Positions 29,818-39,064 of a DNA stretch of 64,000 nt are shown here, in pieces (the first letter of the stretch is position 1; every line of letters starts with the position of its first letter). Source of the stretch: an archaeon (GTDB taxonomy: Archaea; Asgardarchaeota; Thorarchaeia; Thorarchaeales; Thorarchaeaceae). The DNA lies in assembly GCA_024276825.1 (NCBI GenBank), contig JAJRWI010000044.1, positions 1 through 64,000 of the forward strand. Direction: 5' to 3'. The notes below the pieces were generated by a model. The model was not told the origin of the DNA. It did no database searches and worked only from the letters and a program-made list of their open reading frames with translations. The translations under genes and the position numbers were made by a program.

Positions 29818-32800
29818 GTGATAGATTCAGACTTGGAACTCCCCGCTCACAGCAAGAGCTACTCATTATACTTTGAGAAGCTGAGTAAAGAAGTGGAACG
29901 CATCTACTCTATTGCAAAGGCTGCACGTCAAAAGGGGTATGATCCCTCTCTTGATGTTGAAATTCCTCCAGCTCATGATGTTGCAGCAAGAGTGGAGGCC
30001 ACACTTGATGGTCCTATTGGGGTTGCTGCTAGAATCAGAGAGTTACAGAAGGAAAAATCGCGCGAGGCAGTGGCCTTCATTGTGGCTAAAGAAATTGCAA
30101 TGGGCGAACTTGGTGGGATTAAGGATCGTGAGAAAGCAGCTGACAAGGCGGTTCGCGTTGCATTGTCAATCTTAACTGAGAGCATAACAGCCGCGCCCTT
30201 AGAAGGGATTGCTAAGGTCAAGATTAGAGGCTCCGGCTCTGATGAATACCTAGCAATATACTTGGCTGGCCCCATTAGAGCAGCTGGTGGGACTGAAGCC
30301 GCCATGACTGTTCTTGTGGCTGATTATGTACGACAAGTGCTGGGCATTCCACCATTTAAGCCAACGGAAGAAGAGGTCGAACGAGCACTAGAAGAGGTGG
30401 AGATGTATGCCCGAGCAGTTCACTTGCAGTTTCCTGTTCACCCTGATTTGATTCGCTTTGCTGCATCCCGCTTACCAATAATGCTAACTGGAGAACCAAC
30501 AGAGGAATATGAGGTGTCTGGAACTAGGGACCTCGACCGCATTGAAACAAACCGTGTTCGTGGCGGTGCAGTACTTGTCCTCACTGAGGGTGTGGTGGGC
30601 AGAGCGGCAAAGCTGCTAAGAATAGTTGAATCCCTTGATATACCTGGCTGGGAATGGCTAAAGGATATCAAAGAGAAAAAGCCTGCTGAAAAGTCTAAGA
30701 GTACAGACCCAGACACAGCGATTGCCCCTAAACCTGACTATCTTGCTGATGTGATTGGCGGGCGACCAGTGTTCTCTCATCCAATGAGGCCAGGCGGATT
30801 CAGGCTGCGATATGGAAGGTCTCGCAACACGGGTCTTGCAGGGGTGGGAGTTCACCCTGCGACAATGTATGTGGTTGAGGAGTTTTTGGCTCCAGGGACC
30901 CATATACGCACAGAACGCCCTGGAAAAGGGTCTATAGTGACTCCTGTTGATTCCATTGAAGGGCCAATTGTTTTACTTAAAGATGGGACCGTAAAACAAC
31001 TGTCCGATCCAGATGAAGCCAAGAGTCTCAGCGACAAGATTGAACGGATTCTATATCTTGGGGATATATTAATTGCTCTTGGCGAGTTTCTTGAGAACAA
31101 TCATCCTTTGGCTCCTCCTGGCTATTGTGAGGAGTGGTGGTCCCATGATCTGCATGAAATGTGCAACTCATTATCTTTCTCTAATCTCAATCGTGCCCTA
31201 CAGAACATAAACATCACAAAAGAGGAGATTGACCAATTCATCATGTTTCCACTCACTCACATTCCCACGCCAGAACAAGCAATACTACTTTCCAAAGAAA
31301 TAGGAGTTCCACTCCATCCTCGATACACATACCGATGGAAGGCGCTTGCGGTTGACGAAGCAAAGTCTCTCCGTGATTGGATGGTCAAAGAGCATAAGAT
31401 TGAACAGACCTCAACTGGATCACTTATGGTCTTACCACTCGACATACGACAAAAGCATACACTTGAACGACTTGGAGTCCCACACACATTAAATGCTAAA
31501 AGAACTCACATCATAATGTCCGATAGTCCACTCACGATACTCGCCCAAATTGGAAAGGGTAAGTCTAGTCATGACCATGATGACTCTCTTGAGTTCATTA
31601 ATCAAGTATCTGAGATACATATTAAAGACAAACTCGGTCTATCAATTGGTGCTAGGATGGGTCGCCCAGAAAAGGCGGAAGCAAGAAAGATGAAGCCGCC
31701 TGTGAATGTACTATTTCCAGTAGGTCGTACAAGGGGAAGCGAACGCCGTATCGAGGCTATTGCAAAGAGTTCACAACAGACAGAAACCCTTGATTCATTT
31801 GGTCAGGGTGTTCCCAATACTTCATCATCCGGAACTTCCACTGGTGGAATCTCAGTCGAGATGGTTTCACGATTTTGCGCCAATTGTAATTTGGTAACAT
31901 TCGAGTCTCGTTGTTCCTCCTGTGGCACTTATACTGAAGTCCAGTACTACTGCTCCCAAGAACGATGTGGTCTTCCTATTGACTCCCGTTCCGGCATGTG
32001 TCCCAATAAGCATGATGTTAATCTAATTCGCGCAACAAGAAAATATGAAATTGACATCAATGACTTACTAAACAGGGTGAAGGCCGAGATTGACGAGCCC
32101 CAGTCATATAATCTCCGAGGAGTGCTGGGTCTTACAAGTGAGTTGAAGACTCCAGAGTACATTGGAAAGGGTATTCTTCGAGCAAAACATGAAGTGTTCT
32201 GCTATCGTGATGGTACTGCACGTTTTGACATTACTGATGCGCCATTAACACACTTTACTCCCAAAGAGGTTGGAGTTGACATTAAGACTCTGCGTGAATT
32301 GGGCTATATTGTTGATTACAAAGGGAACCCACTAGTATCAGAAGATCAGATTCTAGAACTGAAGGTCCAAGATATTATTGTGCCTGATACTTGCGCCGAC
32401 TATCTGATGCGAATTGGCAATTTCGTTGATGATTGCCTAGAGAAAATCTATGGATTTGAACGGTACTATAACTTCAGTACACCAAAAGATGTGGTTGGCC
32501 AAGTAGTGATTGGTCTTGCTCCTCACACCTCTGCAGGAATAATTGGCCGCATTGTGGGATTCACCTCTGCAAGCATTTGCTATGCTCATCCCTACTGGCA
32601 TGCTGCAAAAAGACGAAACTGTGACGGTGATGAGGATGCAGTCATACTCTTAATGGATGCATTATTGAACTTCTCCAAGTCGTATCTGCCAGCTGGTCGT
32701 GGTGGCTTTATGGATGCGCCTCTGGTCCTTTCAGTAATTCTGAATCCCTCTGAAGTTGATGATGAGGCACATAATATGGAAGTGTGTGAGAGATATCCTG

Positions 32801-33378
32801 CTCAATTCTATGAACTTGCTAGTTTGTCTCAGTCCCAGAAATCTGCTGAAGCCCTTGTTGATAATATTCACTCCCGAATTGGTACTGAGGCTCAATATGA
32901 GGGGTTCAAATTCACACACAGTACATCATGCATCGATAGTGGCCCTCTCAATACACGATACAAGATTCTAGACAGCATGGCTGAGAAGCTCGAGGCACAG
33001 CTCCACCTCGCTTCAATCATTGATGCAGTAGATGCATGTGATGTTGCTGAACGTGTGCTATCCACTCATTTTCTCCGCGACATCCGTGGAAATCTTCGGG
33101 CATATTCCACACAGAAGGTCCAGTGCCGAAAATGCCATCGCGTATACAGGCGGCCCCCATTATCAGGCAAATGTATCTGCGGATCCGATTTGGCACTTAC
33201 GGTACGCCAAAAGAACATCTCCAAGTATTTGTCTGTGGCAGAAAAGCTGATCAGTGACCATGGTCTTGGTCCCTACCTCCAAGAACGTCTAAGGCTCATA
33301 AACACTTCTCTTGCCTCATTGTTTCTATCTGAACAGACTTCTATCCTTGACTTTTTTGATAGTGATGAATCTGAATAA
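29818..33378 (+). CDS. polC: DNA polymerase D large subunit DP2
   Basis: GPIRAAGGT, GFRLRYGRSR, HAAKRRNCDGDED. Confidence 0.98.
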   Translation: MIDSDLELPAHSKSYSLYFEKLSKEVERIYSIAKAARQKGYDPSLDVEIPPAHDVAARVEATLDGPIGVAARIRELQKEKSREAVAFIVAKEIAMGELGGIKDREKAADKAVRVALSILTESITAAPLEGIAKVKIRGSGSDEYLAIYLAGPIRAAGGTEAAMTVLVADYVRQVLGIPPFKPTEEEVERALEEVEMYARAVHLQFPVHPDLIRFAASRLPIMLTGEPTEEYEVSGTRDLDRIETNRVRGGAVLVLTEGVVGRAAKLLRIVESLDIPGWEWLKDIKEKKPAEKSKSTDPDTAIAPKPDYLADVIGGRPVFSHPMRPGGFRLRYGRSRNTGLAGVGVHPATMYVVEEFLAPGTHIRTERPGKGSIVTPVDSIEGPIVLLKDGTVKQLSDPDEAKSLSDKIERILYLGDILIALGEFLENNHPLAPPGYCEEWWSHDLHEMCNSLSFSNLNRALQNINITKEEIDQFIMFPLTHIPTPEQAILLSKEIGVPLHPRYTYRWKALAVDEAKSLRDWMVKEHKIEQTSTGSLMVLPLDIRQKHTLERLGVPHTLNAKRTHIIMSDSPLTILAQIGKGKSSHDHDDSLEFINQVSEIHIKDKLGLSIGARMGRPEKAEARKMKPPVNVLFPVGRTRGSERRIEAIAKSSQQTETLDSFGQGVPNTSSSGTSTGGISVEMVSRFCANCNLVTFESRCSSCGTYTEVQYYCSQERCGLPIDSRSGMCPNKHDVNLIRATRKYEIDINDLLNRVKAEIDEPQSYNLRGVLGLTSELKTPEYIGKGILRAKHEVFCYRDGTARFDITDAPLTHFTPKEVGVDIKTLRELGYIVDYKGNPLVSEDQILELKVQDIIVPDTCADYLMRIGNFVDDCLEKIYGFERYYNFSTPKDVVGQVVIGLAPHTSAGIIGRIVGFTSASICYAHPYWHAAKRRNCDGDEDAVILLMDALLNFSKSYLPAGRGGFMDAPLVLSVILNPSEVDDEAHNMEVCERYPAQFYELASLSQSQKSAEALVDNIHSRIGTEAQYEGFKFTHSTSCIDSGPLNTRYKILDSMAEKLEAQLHLASIIDAVDACDVAERVLSTHFLRDIRGNLRAYSTQKVQCRKCHRVYRRPPLSGKCICGSDLALTVRQKNISKYLSVAEKLISDHGLGPYLQERLRLINTSLASLFLSEQTSILDFFDSDESE

Positions 33379-33388
33379 TGAATATGAA

Positions 33389-34240
33389 TCATTTATTGTT
33401 TAGCGCAAGATGTAGGAAACTTCTGTCCTCAATCATACCAATCAGGTTGCCAGAAGCTGAAAGCACTGGTGCCTGATCTATGTCATTCTTCCTGAACACT
33501 CTGACGCACTCTGCTATCGATGTGACCTCTGTCACATTGATAATATTCTTCGTCATCACATCCTTAATTGGGACTTGTGGCAATTTCAGAAGCTTCTTTG
33601 TTACCACCAAGAAGTCCTTTGAAGTCCATCCCCACTCAACCGAAGTGTCCGTGCCACTATATGTTGCTGAAATATTATCCTCTATTGTTTCCTCTGAGAG
33701 TCGAATGTAATCGCTCACTGAAATCATACCTACGACTCCTCCACTCTCATTGACAACCACAAGGGCATTCTTTCCTGCCATCTCCATAATCATGAATGAT
33801 AGTGGTAATGGGGTTTCAGACCAGACTGCAATAACGCGGGTATCAATGAAATCTTTAATTGTTATTTCTTGATATCTTTCATCATTCTCAAGAGTAGCAC
33901 CAAGAATGTCCGGTATCGAGAGGAGTCCTACTAATTCATCATTGTCCACAACAGGTAGCCTTCGAAAGTTTTTCTCAATCATTATCTTGGTTGCTGTTTT
34001 GATGTCCATTCGAGGCGTAACAGTCACAGGATCTCTTACCATGAGCATTGCAATCTGATTCTCATCAGGTTTTCGGAGTAAGTCAGTTCTAGTGATCATA
34101 CCTACTAGCCTTTTTGTGCCCCTCTTTACCACAGGGAATCCATTGATCTGCTTTTCTGCCATGATTTGTAGGACATCATCTCGTGTGCCCGGAACTGACA
34201 CATATACCACTGATTGCTGCATACAGTCTGCTACCTTCAT
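33389..34240 (-). CDS. CBS domain protein (4 CBS)
   Basis: FPVV..LVGMIT..DL and RRLPVV repeats. Confidence 0.88.
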   Translation of the reverse strand: MKVADCMQQSVVYVSVPGTRDDVLQIMAEKQINGFPVVKRGTKRLVGMITRTDLLRKPDENQIAMLMVRDPVTVTPRMDIKTATKIMIEKNFRRLPVVDNDELVGLLSIPDILGATLENDERYQEITIKDFIDTRVIAVWSETPLPLSFMIMEMAGKNALVVVNESGGVVGMISVSDYIRLSEETIEDNISATYSGTDTSVEWGWTSKDFLVVTKKLLKLPQVPIKDVMTKNIINVTEVTSIAECVRVFRKNDIDQAPVLSASGNLIGMIEDRSFLHLALNNK

Positions 34241-34367
34241 TGTTTCAATACTCCAGTATTGCATAATGTGATGACATTATTGACACTTCTGCTTTAGTAT
34301 ATTTACGCAAAAGTATCAGAACATGAGTAGAAATACTATTGCCCTTTTATGGTTTTCCTCACTCAAT

Positions 34368-34943
34368 CTACCATGGTGTCTTTTTCAACTTGAGTAAATA
34401 TCCTGCAACATTACTCACCCAATGAATGGCAAGCGTAAACAGAATGAGTACTGCTACATATTGTGGTGCGGGTGTCAACAACGGGGCTAGAAAAATTAGT
34501 GCCATGATGATGAATCCTAACCGATCAAGCATGAGTGCTGGAGCCCCTCCCCTCAAGTCTACCCTTCTCTTAAGAAATGATCCCAACAGGTCCCCGATTA
34601 ATGTTCCAAAGGACAGCAAGAACCCCCCAAGCACAGTAATACCAAGAATTGCATCCATGTCTGGGGTGACTATAACATACTCGGTCATGAACTCTCTAAC
34701 ATAAGGGGCCCCCATATTCAATGCCCAACTAGTCAGTGTTCCCAGAACAACACCCGCGATGAATCCTCGTATTGTCTTATTGTCACCAAACAGACGCTTT
34801 CCATCACTCAACACTCTCCCATTATCAATGGGTCTTCCACCTCCAAATATCACAGGCATTGAATTTGCAATCCATGCTGGCAGTCCAAGCCATAATGCCA
34901 GTCCAAGTAAAGTAACCTCTTCATACATCATTGCCACATCCAT
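34368..34943 (-). CDS. carS: CDP-archaeol synthase
   Basis: PAWIANSMP, DGKRLFGDNKT, GDLLGSFLKRR. Confidence 0.93.
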   Translation of the reverse strand: MDVAMMYEEVTLLGLALWLGLPAWIANSMPVIFGGGRPIDNGRVLSDGKRLFGDNKTIRGFIAGVVLGTLTSWALNMGAPYVREFMTEYVIVTPDMDAILGITVLGGFLLSFGTLIGDLLGSFLKRRVDLRGGAPALMLDRLGFIIMALIFLAPLLTPAPQYVAVLILFTLAIHWVSNVAGYLLKLKKTPW

Positions 34944-34949
34944 GAATCA

Positions 34950-35660
34950 CTAGTCCCCATCTATGTCAGCATCTGGGGAGATTGAAAAGCCTTTATTTGT
35001 AAGATAGAACATCTCATTAACTGGGATTTCTCCTAGTCGTATTCTCTCAATCATCCTCTCACCGCTCTGTCTACCCTTTCTAATTCTTATTACATGATCC
35101 GCCCAATAATCAAGTATGTTTCTTGCAACAGGCTCTATCTCTCCATGCTTCTTAAGAGCCCCCCTCACCTGATTGAGAACAAGTACGGCTATGTCCTTTT
35201 GCTTGGCTAGCCCTTTCAATATACCAACTTGCATGTTCAATTCTCGATGGGCTGCATAATTTGTCTTTTTACCTTTGAGCACAGTACGATACAGCCTTGT
35301 TATTGTATCTATGACTATTAAGCGTGTGTTCTCCCTCACGTAGAGTTCAAGATCATCAATTATCAATCCTTGCTCATTAAAGCTGGTTGGATGAAGAAGC
35401 CTGATAATCGGACTAATAGACTCGTACTCTACTCCTGAAATCTGCTCAAGTCGCTCAATTGGGGAGGTGCTTTCTGTATTGATGTATGCAACTCTCATCC
35501 CCAATTGCAAGGCAGCAGAAACAAACTGAAGTGCAAAAGTGGTCTTGCCAGAGGCCGCTTCTCCAAAGACATGTGTGATCCCCCCTGTGAAAACACCACC
35601 ATCCAATATTCTATCTAATTTGGACACTCCTGAGGGAAGAATCAAGTCACTTATCTCCAT
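34950..35660 (-). CDS. radB: RadB recombination paralog
   Basis: LDRILDGG, GEAASGKT, LIVID, NQV; lacks the RadA N-terminal domain. Confidence 0.82.
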   Translation of the reverse strand: MEISDLILPSGVSKLDRILDGGVFTGGITHVFGEAASGKTTFALQFVSAALQLGMRVAYINTESTSPIERLEQISGVEYESISPIIRLLHPTSFNEQGLIIDDLELYVRENTRLIVIDTITRLYRTVLKGKKTNYAAHRELNMQVGILKGLAKQKDIAVLVLNQVRGALKKHGEIEPVARNILDYWADHVIRIRKGRQSGERMIERIRLGEIPVNEMFYLTNKGFSISPDADIDGD

Positions 35661-35713
35661 TCTATTGTCAGAATCAAATAAGTGATAAACATAACTTATG
35701 TGGTCTTTATGTC

Positions 35714-36487
35714 ATGACTGTCAGTGATATCGCAATTGTCACCGAGGATCCTAAGATCCTCTATTACACAGTAAGACTGCTGAGAAGACTAAACCTTCAG
35801 TTCATAGTTCTCACCCCAAATGAGGCTGATGTCACAATTGCAAAGGTGTTTATTTGCACTGCTGGTGAAGTATCTAAGTTTCATCACATTAGTCATGATA
35901 GGTTTGTACTAGTTAGCGACCCTTTGGAGCCAGATGTGACTGCTATTGAACTTGTAATGAAACTTCTTGACCTCCCTGCTCCCTACGAGATTGTTATCGG
36001 TGTTGACCCGGGCGTTCGGTTCGGTCTTGTTTTTGTGGCTGATGGGACACGTATCTATGGTGAAACCTGCTCAAGTCCATTCCAAGCTGCGAGATCAACA
36101 AAAAGATGGAGTGATTTTGTTCTTGCAAACTTGTCCAAATGTTCACTTATTGTTCGAGTAGGCACAGGTTCGAAACTCTACACAACACTATTTCTAAGGG
36201 CACTTCGTAGACTACATGACATCTTTCAGCTTGAACTTGTAGATGAACGCAACACCACTCATCCTGGCCAATCCGACCAATCTTCTGCATATCTTATCGC
36301 CTCACGTACTGGCAGATTACCGTCAAAGACAGATTACGAGCTTGATCAAAAGGATGGTTTCATTAAATCACTGATGCATCTTGTTGATGGTCTCACGGAA
36401 GGACATGTAAAGCTCTCTCGTGATGATGCGCGGGCAATACTTGATGATAGAACAAATCTGGAGAGATTTCTTGACGAACGCTTTTAA
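35714..36487 (+). CDS. YqgF/RNase H-fold nuclease-like protein
   Basis: IGVDPG, VDERNTT, DQSSAYLIA. Confidence 0.65.
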   Translation: MTVSDIAIVTEDPKILYYTVRLLRRLNLQFIVLTPNEADVTIAKVFICTAGEVSKFHHISHDRFVLVSDPLEPDVTAIELVMKLLDLPAPYEIVIGVDPGVRFGLVFVADGTRIYGETCSSPFQAARSTKRWSDFVLANLSKCSLIVRVGTGSKLYTTLFLRALRRLHDIFQLELVDERNTTHPGQSDQSSAYLIASRTGRLPSKTDYELDQKDGFIKSLMHLVDGLTEGHVKLSRDDARAILDDRTNLERFLDERF

Positions 36488-38409
36488 TGCTGAACCGAGA
36501 AGAATCCCTCAAAGCGATCTCTGACTAGTCCTGGATCATCTGGCACGACCTCAGTGACCTCCCTCAACCACAAGGGCATGAACCTCTGAAGGTACATCGA
36601 CGCAAATCGCTGATCCAGAAGAATTATTGCCCCCCTGTCCTCAAGTCTTCTCACTGGCCTGCCAGCAGCCTGAACTGCTCGGGTCATTGCAGGCATCACA
36701 TAGGCATATTCCTGTCCCTTCCCATTAAACCGCTTGTTATAATAATCTATCAATGACTTAGTACTATGAGTTGGTCTTGCATATGGGACTCCCACAACAA
36801 TCACACTGTTCATTGTACTGCCAGGAAAATCGCCCCCCTCTGAGTTTCGCCCTCCCTGTACTCCAAGCAAGACGGCCCCTTCACCCTCGCCCATTTTCTT
36901 GTATTCTTCAATTAACCTGTCATTCTCCGAGGTCTTCATCCCTTGTTTTTCAATGTACAACTTTTTTGCTAGCCGTTCTTCAAGTCCAGCACTCAACAGA
37001 GATTTTGCAACTGAATAACTTGCTGCGAATATTCCCGTATTGCCCGGAGTTGTGTGCGCAGCAGCCACACAAATATCGACCATGTGTTTGAAAGTTCTAG
37101 ATGTTCTATTGTTTAGTGAGGTGTCAAGTCCCTGAATGACAAGGCCCAGCCGATTACTGAGTGCAAATGGACTCTGGAACCGCCTTTTAATGGCTGTGGG
37201 TTTAAGGCCTAGCATCTCGGAATATGCATCAATTGGGCTTATTGTACCTGAAACAGCAACTGTGCTATGAACCGAGCGTAGTATCTTGTTAGTGACGTTA
37301 GTTGGATCCAATGCAATGATGTCTAACGACAATCTTCCCTTATTCGTCCTACCTGAAGATAGAACAAATGTGTAGTCATTACGGTCAGTAAAGTGTAACC
37401 ACTTTACCATGAACTCACCAACTCTGTGAATTGCTGATCTGGGAGTCTTTCCTGCTCTTAACAGACTCTTTTGAATGGTCTTCCCTAGCTTCTGCATGTG
37501 TGGGATTGGTTGTGCTGCGCACTCAGCCCCGAGCTTTGTTGCAATTGCATTGTAGACCTCTCTTGGGTTGACTGGAATCTCTTCCTCTGACTGTTTTTCG
37601 GACAACTCCAGAATATGTCTTGCAAGCCCTTTACAAAACTGTCGTGAAGTGGCATCATTATATGTACTAGCCTCCTTAATTGCTGCTCTGATTGTTCCAA
37701 TTGTCAGAGAATCACTAGCAGAGTCCAACGCTGTGGCAGGCACATTATGAGCTTCATCTTGAACCACTACTATCTTTGAAAGAGGGACATCTAGCTCAGG
37801 AATGAAGGTTTCCAGAATGAAAGGATCAAAGATATAAAGATAGGACAATGCTACCACATCCACAACCTTAGCCAACTGCTTTGCGAGTTCGTATGGGCAG
37901 TACCCCCTAATCCTTCCTATTTTCACTATATCCGGCGCAGTCATGACTCTGAAGGGCATATCTTCCAGAAGGTCCTCAGGGTTTCCTGCTATCCTCACAT
38001 TGTCGTAATAATCACACTTTCCTGAGCTCTTGAGGTGGCTGCATATCTCACTTACAGGAGCAAGACTCCCTGCATTGCTTAACAAGAACTCATTAAGGCA
38101 CATATGTGCCCTCCCACGAAATGATACTCCAGTCACATCCTGTTTCTCTGATATCTCCAACAATTCCTCTACTACCCTGTCAAGTTGCCTATGAGTTCTC
38201 GCACAGTAGAGAATCTTTCCATCATTCTCCTTGATCCATGGAAGCACTCCACACAGGGTCACACAGGTCTTTCCAAAACCATTTGGCGCTTCAATACACA
38301 CTTCTACACCCTGTCTTGTGCCCTGTTCAATCACACTCATCATTTCATACTGCCCATCTCTACTCTGTGCATATGGGAAGAAATCCTTTGCATTGAATCT
38401 GTCGGGCAT
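36484..38409 (-). CDS. xpd: XPD/Rad3 Fe-S DNA helicase
   Basis: APNGFGKT, RTHRQ, CPY, DEAH, SGT, QAAGR. Confidence 0.92.
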   Translation of the reverse strand: MPDRFNAKDFFPYAQSRDGQYEMMSVIEQGTRQGVEVCIEAPNGFGKTCVTLCGVLPWIKENDGKILYCARTHRQLDRVVEELLEISEKQDVTGVSFRGRAHMCLNEFLLSNAGSLAPVSEICSHLKSSGKCDYYDNVRIAGNPEDLLEDMPFRVMTAPDIVKIGRIRGYCPYELAKQLAKVVDVVALSYLYIFDPFILETFIPELDVPLSKIVVVQDEAHNVPATALDSASDSLTIGTIRAAIKEASTYNDATSRQFCKGLARHILELSEKQSEEEIPVNPREVYNAIATKLGAECAAQPIPHMQKLGKTIQKSLLRAGKTPRSAIHRVGEFMVKWLHFTDRNDYTFVLSSGRTNKGRLSLDIIALDPTNVTNKILRSVHSTVAVSGTISPIDAYSEMLGLKPTAIKRRFQSPFALSNRLGLVIQGLDTSLNNRTSRTFKHMVDICVAAAHTTPGNTGIFAASYSVAKSLLSAGLEERLAKKLYIEKQGMKTSENDRLIEEYKKMGEGEGAVLLGVQGGRNSEGGDFPGSTMNSVIVVGVPYARPTHSTKSLIDYYNKRFNGKGQEYAYVMPAMTRAVQAAGRPVRRLEDRGAIILLDQRFASMYLQRFMPLWLREVTEVVPDDPGLVRDRFEGFFSVQH

Positions 38410-38505
38410 AAGAACTCCATCTCGATTTCAAGAATAAAACCTTGATAATGCTGTTGTTCTGCTCTAGATTTATTACTATGAACACACTACTGCAACTGGC
38501 GAACA

Positions 38506-38853
38506 GTGTTGGAATTGGATGATATCACTGAATTCGAGTCCGATTTACTCAGCGGACATATCAAGGTCCGAATCATTGACATGGATAATGGTCTGTTAGT
38601 CATGATCACTGATTCTGACAAATTCAAACTTGGAGTTACCTCACTAGCGATTCCCTCAAGACCTGGCATGGACACACCAGTTTCCAGTGGAATATTTAGC
38701 CCCGGTTCTGATGATACCATGGTCAGAACAATTGCAGAAAGAATCAGTGCATGGACAAAGCGACCCTGTCTACTTGTAGTTCATGCAAAGAGCAAAGACC
38801 GAGAGTTCATGGTAGGAATACTCACTCTTCTTAAGAATCAGCTTCTGCAATAA
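38506..38853 (+). CDS. proteasome assembly chaperone PAC4-like protein
   Basis: SLAIPSR...PVSSGIF...IAERISAWTKRPCLL resembles recalled PAC4 pattern. Confidence 0.55.
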   Translation: MLELDDITEFESDLLSGHIKVRIIDMDNGLLVMITDSDKFKLGVTSLAIPSRPGMDTPVSSGIFSPGSDDTMVRTIAERISAWTKRPCLLVVHAKSKDREFMVGILTLLKNQLLQ

Positions 38854-39064
38854 GATACTCAATCAGCTCTTTCACCCATCTTCCTGTTTCATCCAGTGCT
38901 TGAACCCTTTTCAGATAATCCTCCCAGCGAATGCCCAATGCTTGTTTCCAGTGTTCAAATGCACTCTTCAGGTTGTCCATTGCCCTACTATGATACTCAC
39001 AGTATTTTCCTGATTCCACTTTTGGCCTGCCACAGACAGGGCACTCACACACTCCACTCTCCAT
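38831..39064 (-). CDS. small Zn-binding hypothetical protein
   Basis: CPVCG...YCEYH; overlaps topA stop. Confidence 0.65.
   Translation of the reverse strand: MESGVCECPVCGRPKVESGKYCEYHSRAMDNLKSAFEHWKQALGIRWEDYLKRVQALDETGRWVKELIEYLIAEADS

Noticed and set aside
29818-33378. Intein in DP2
   Set aside because: Length is normal, the catalytic RRNCDGDED motif is uninterrupted and no splice motifs were seen
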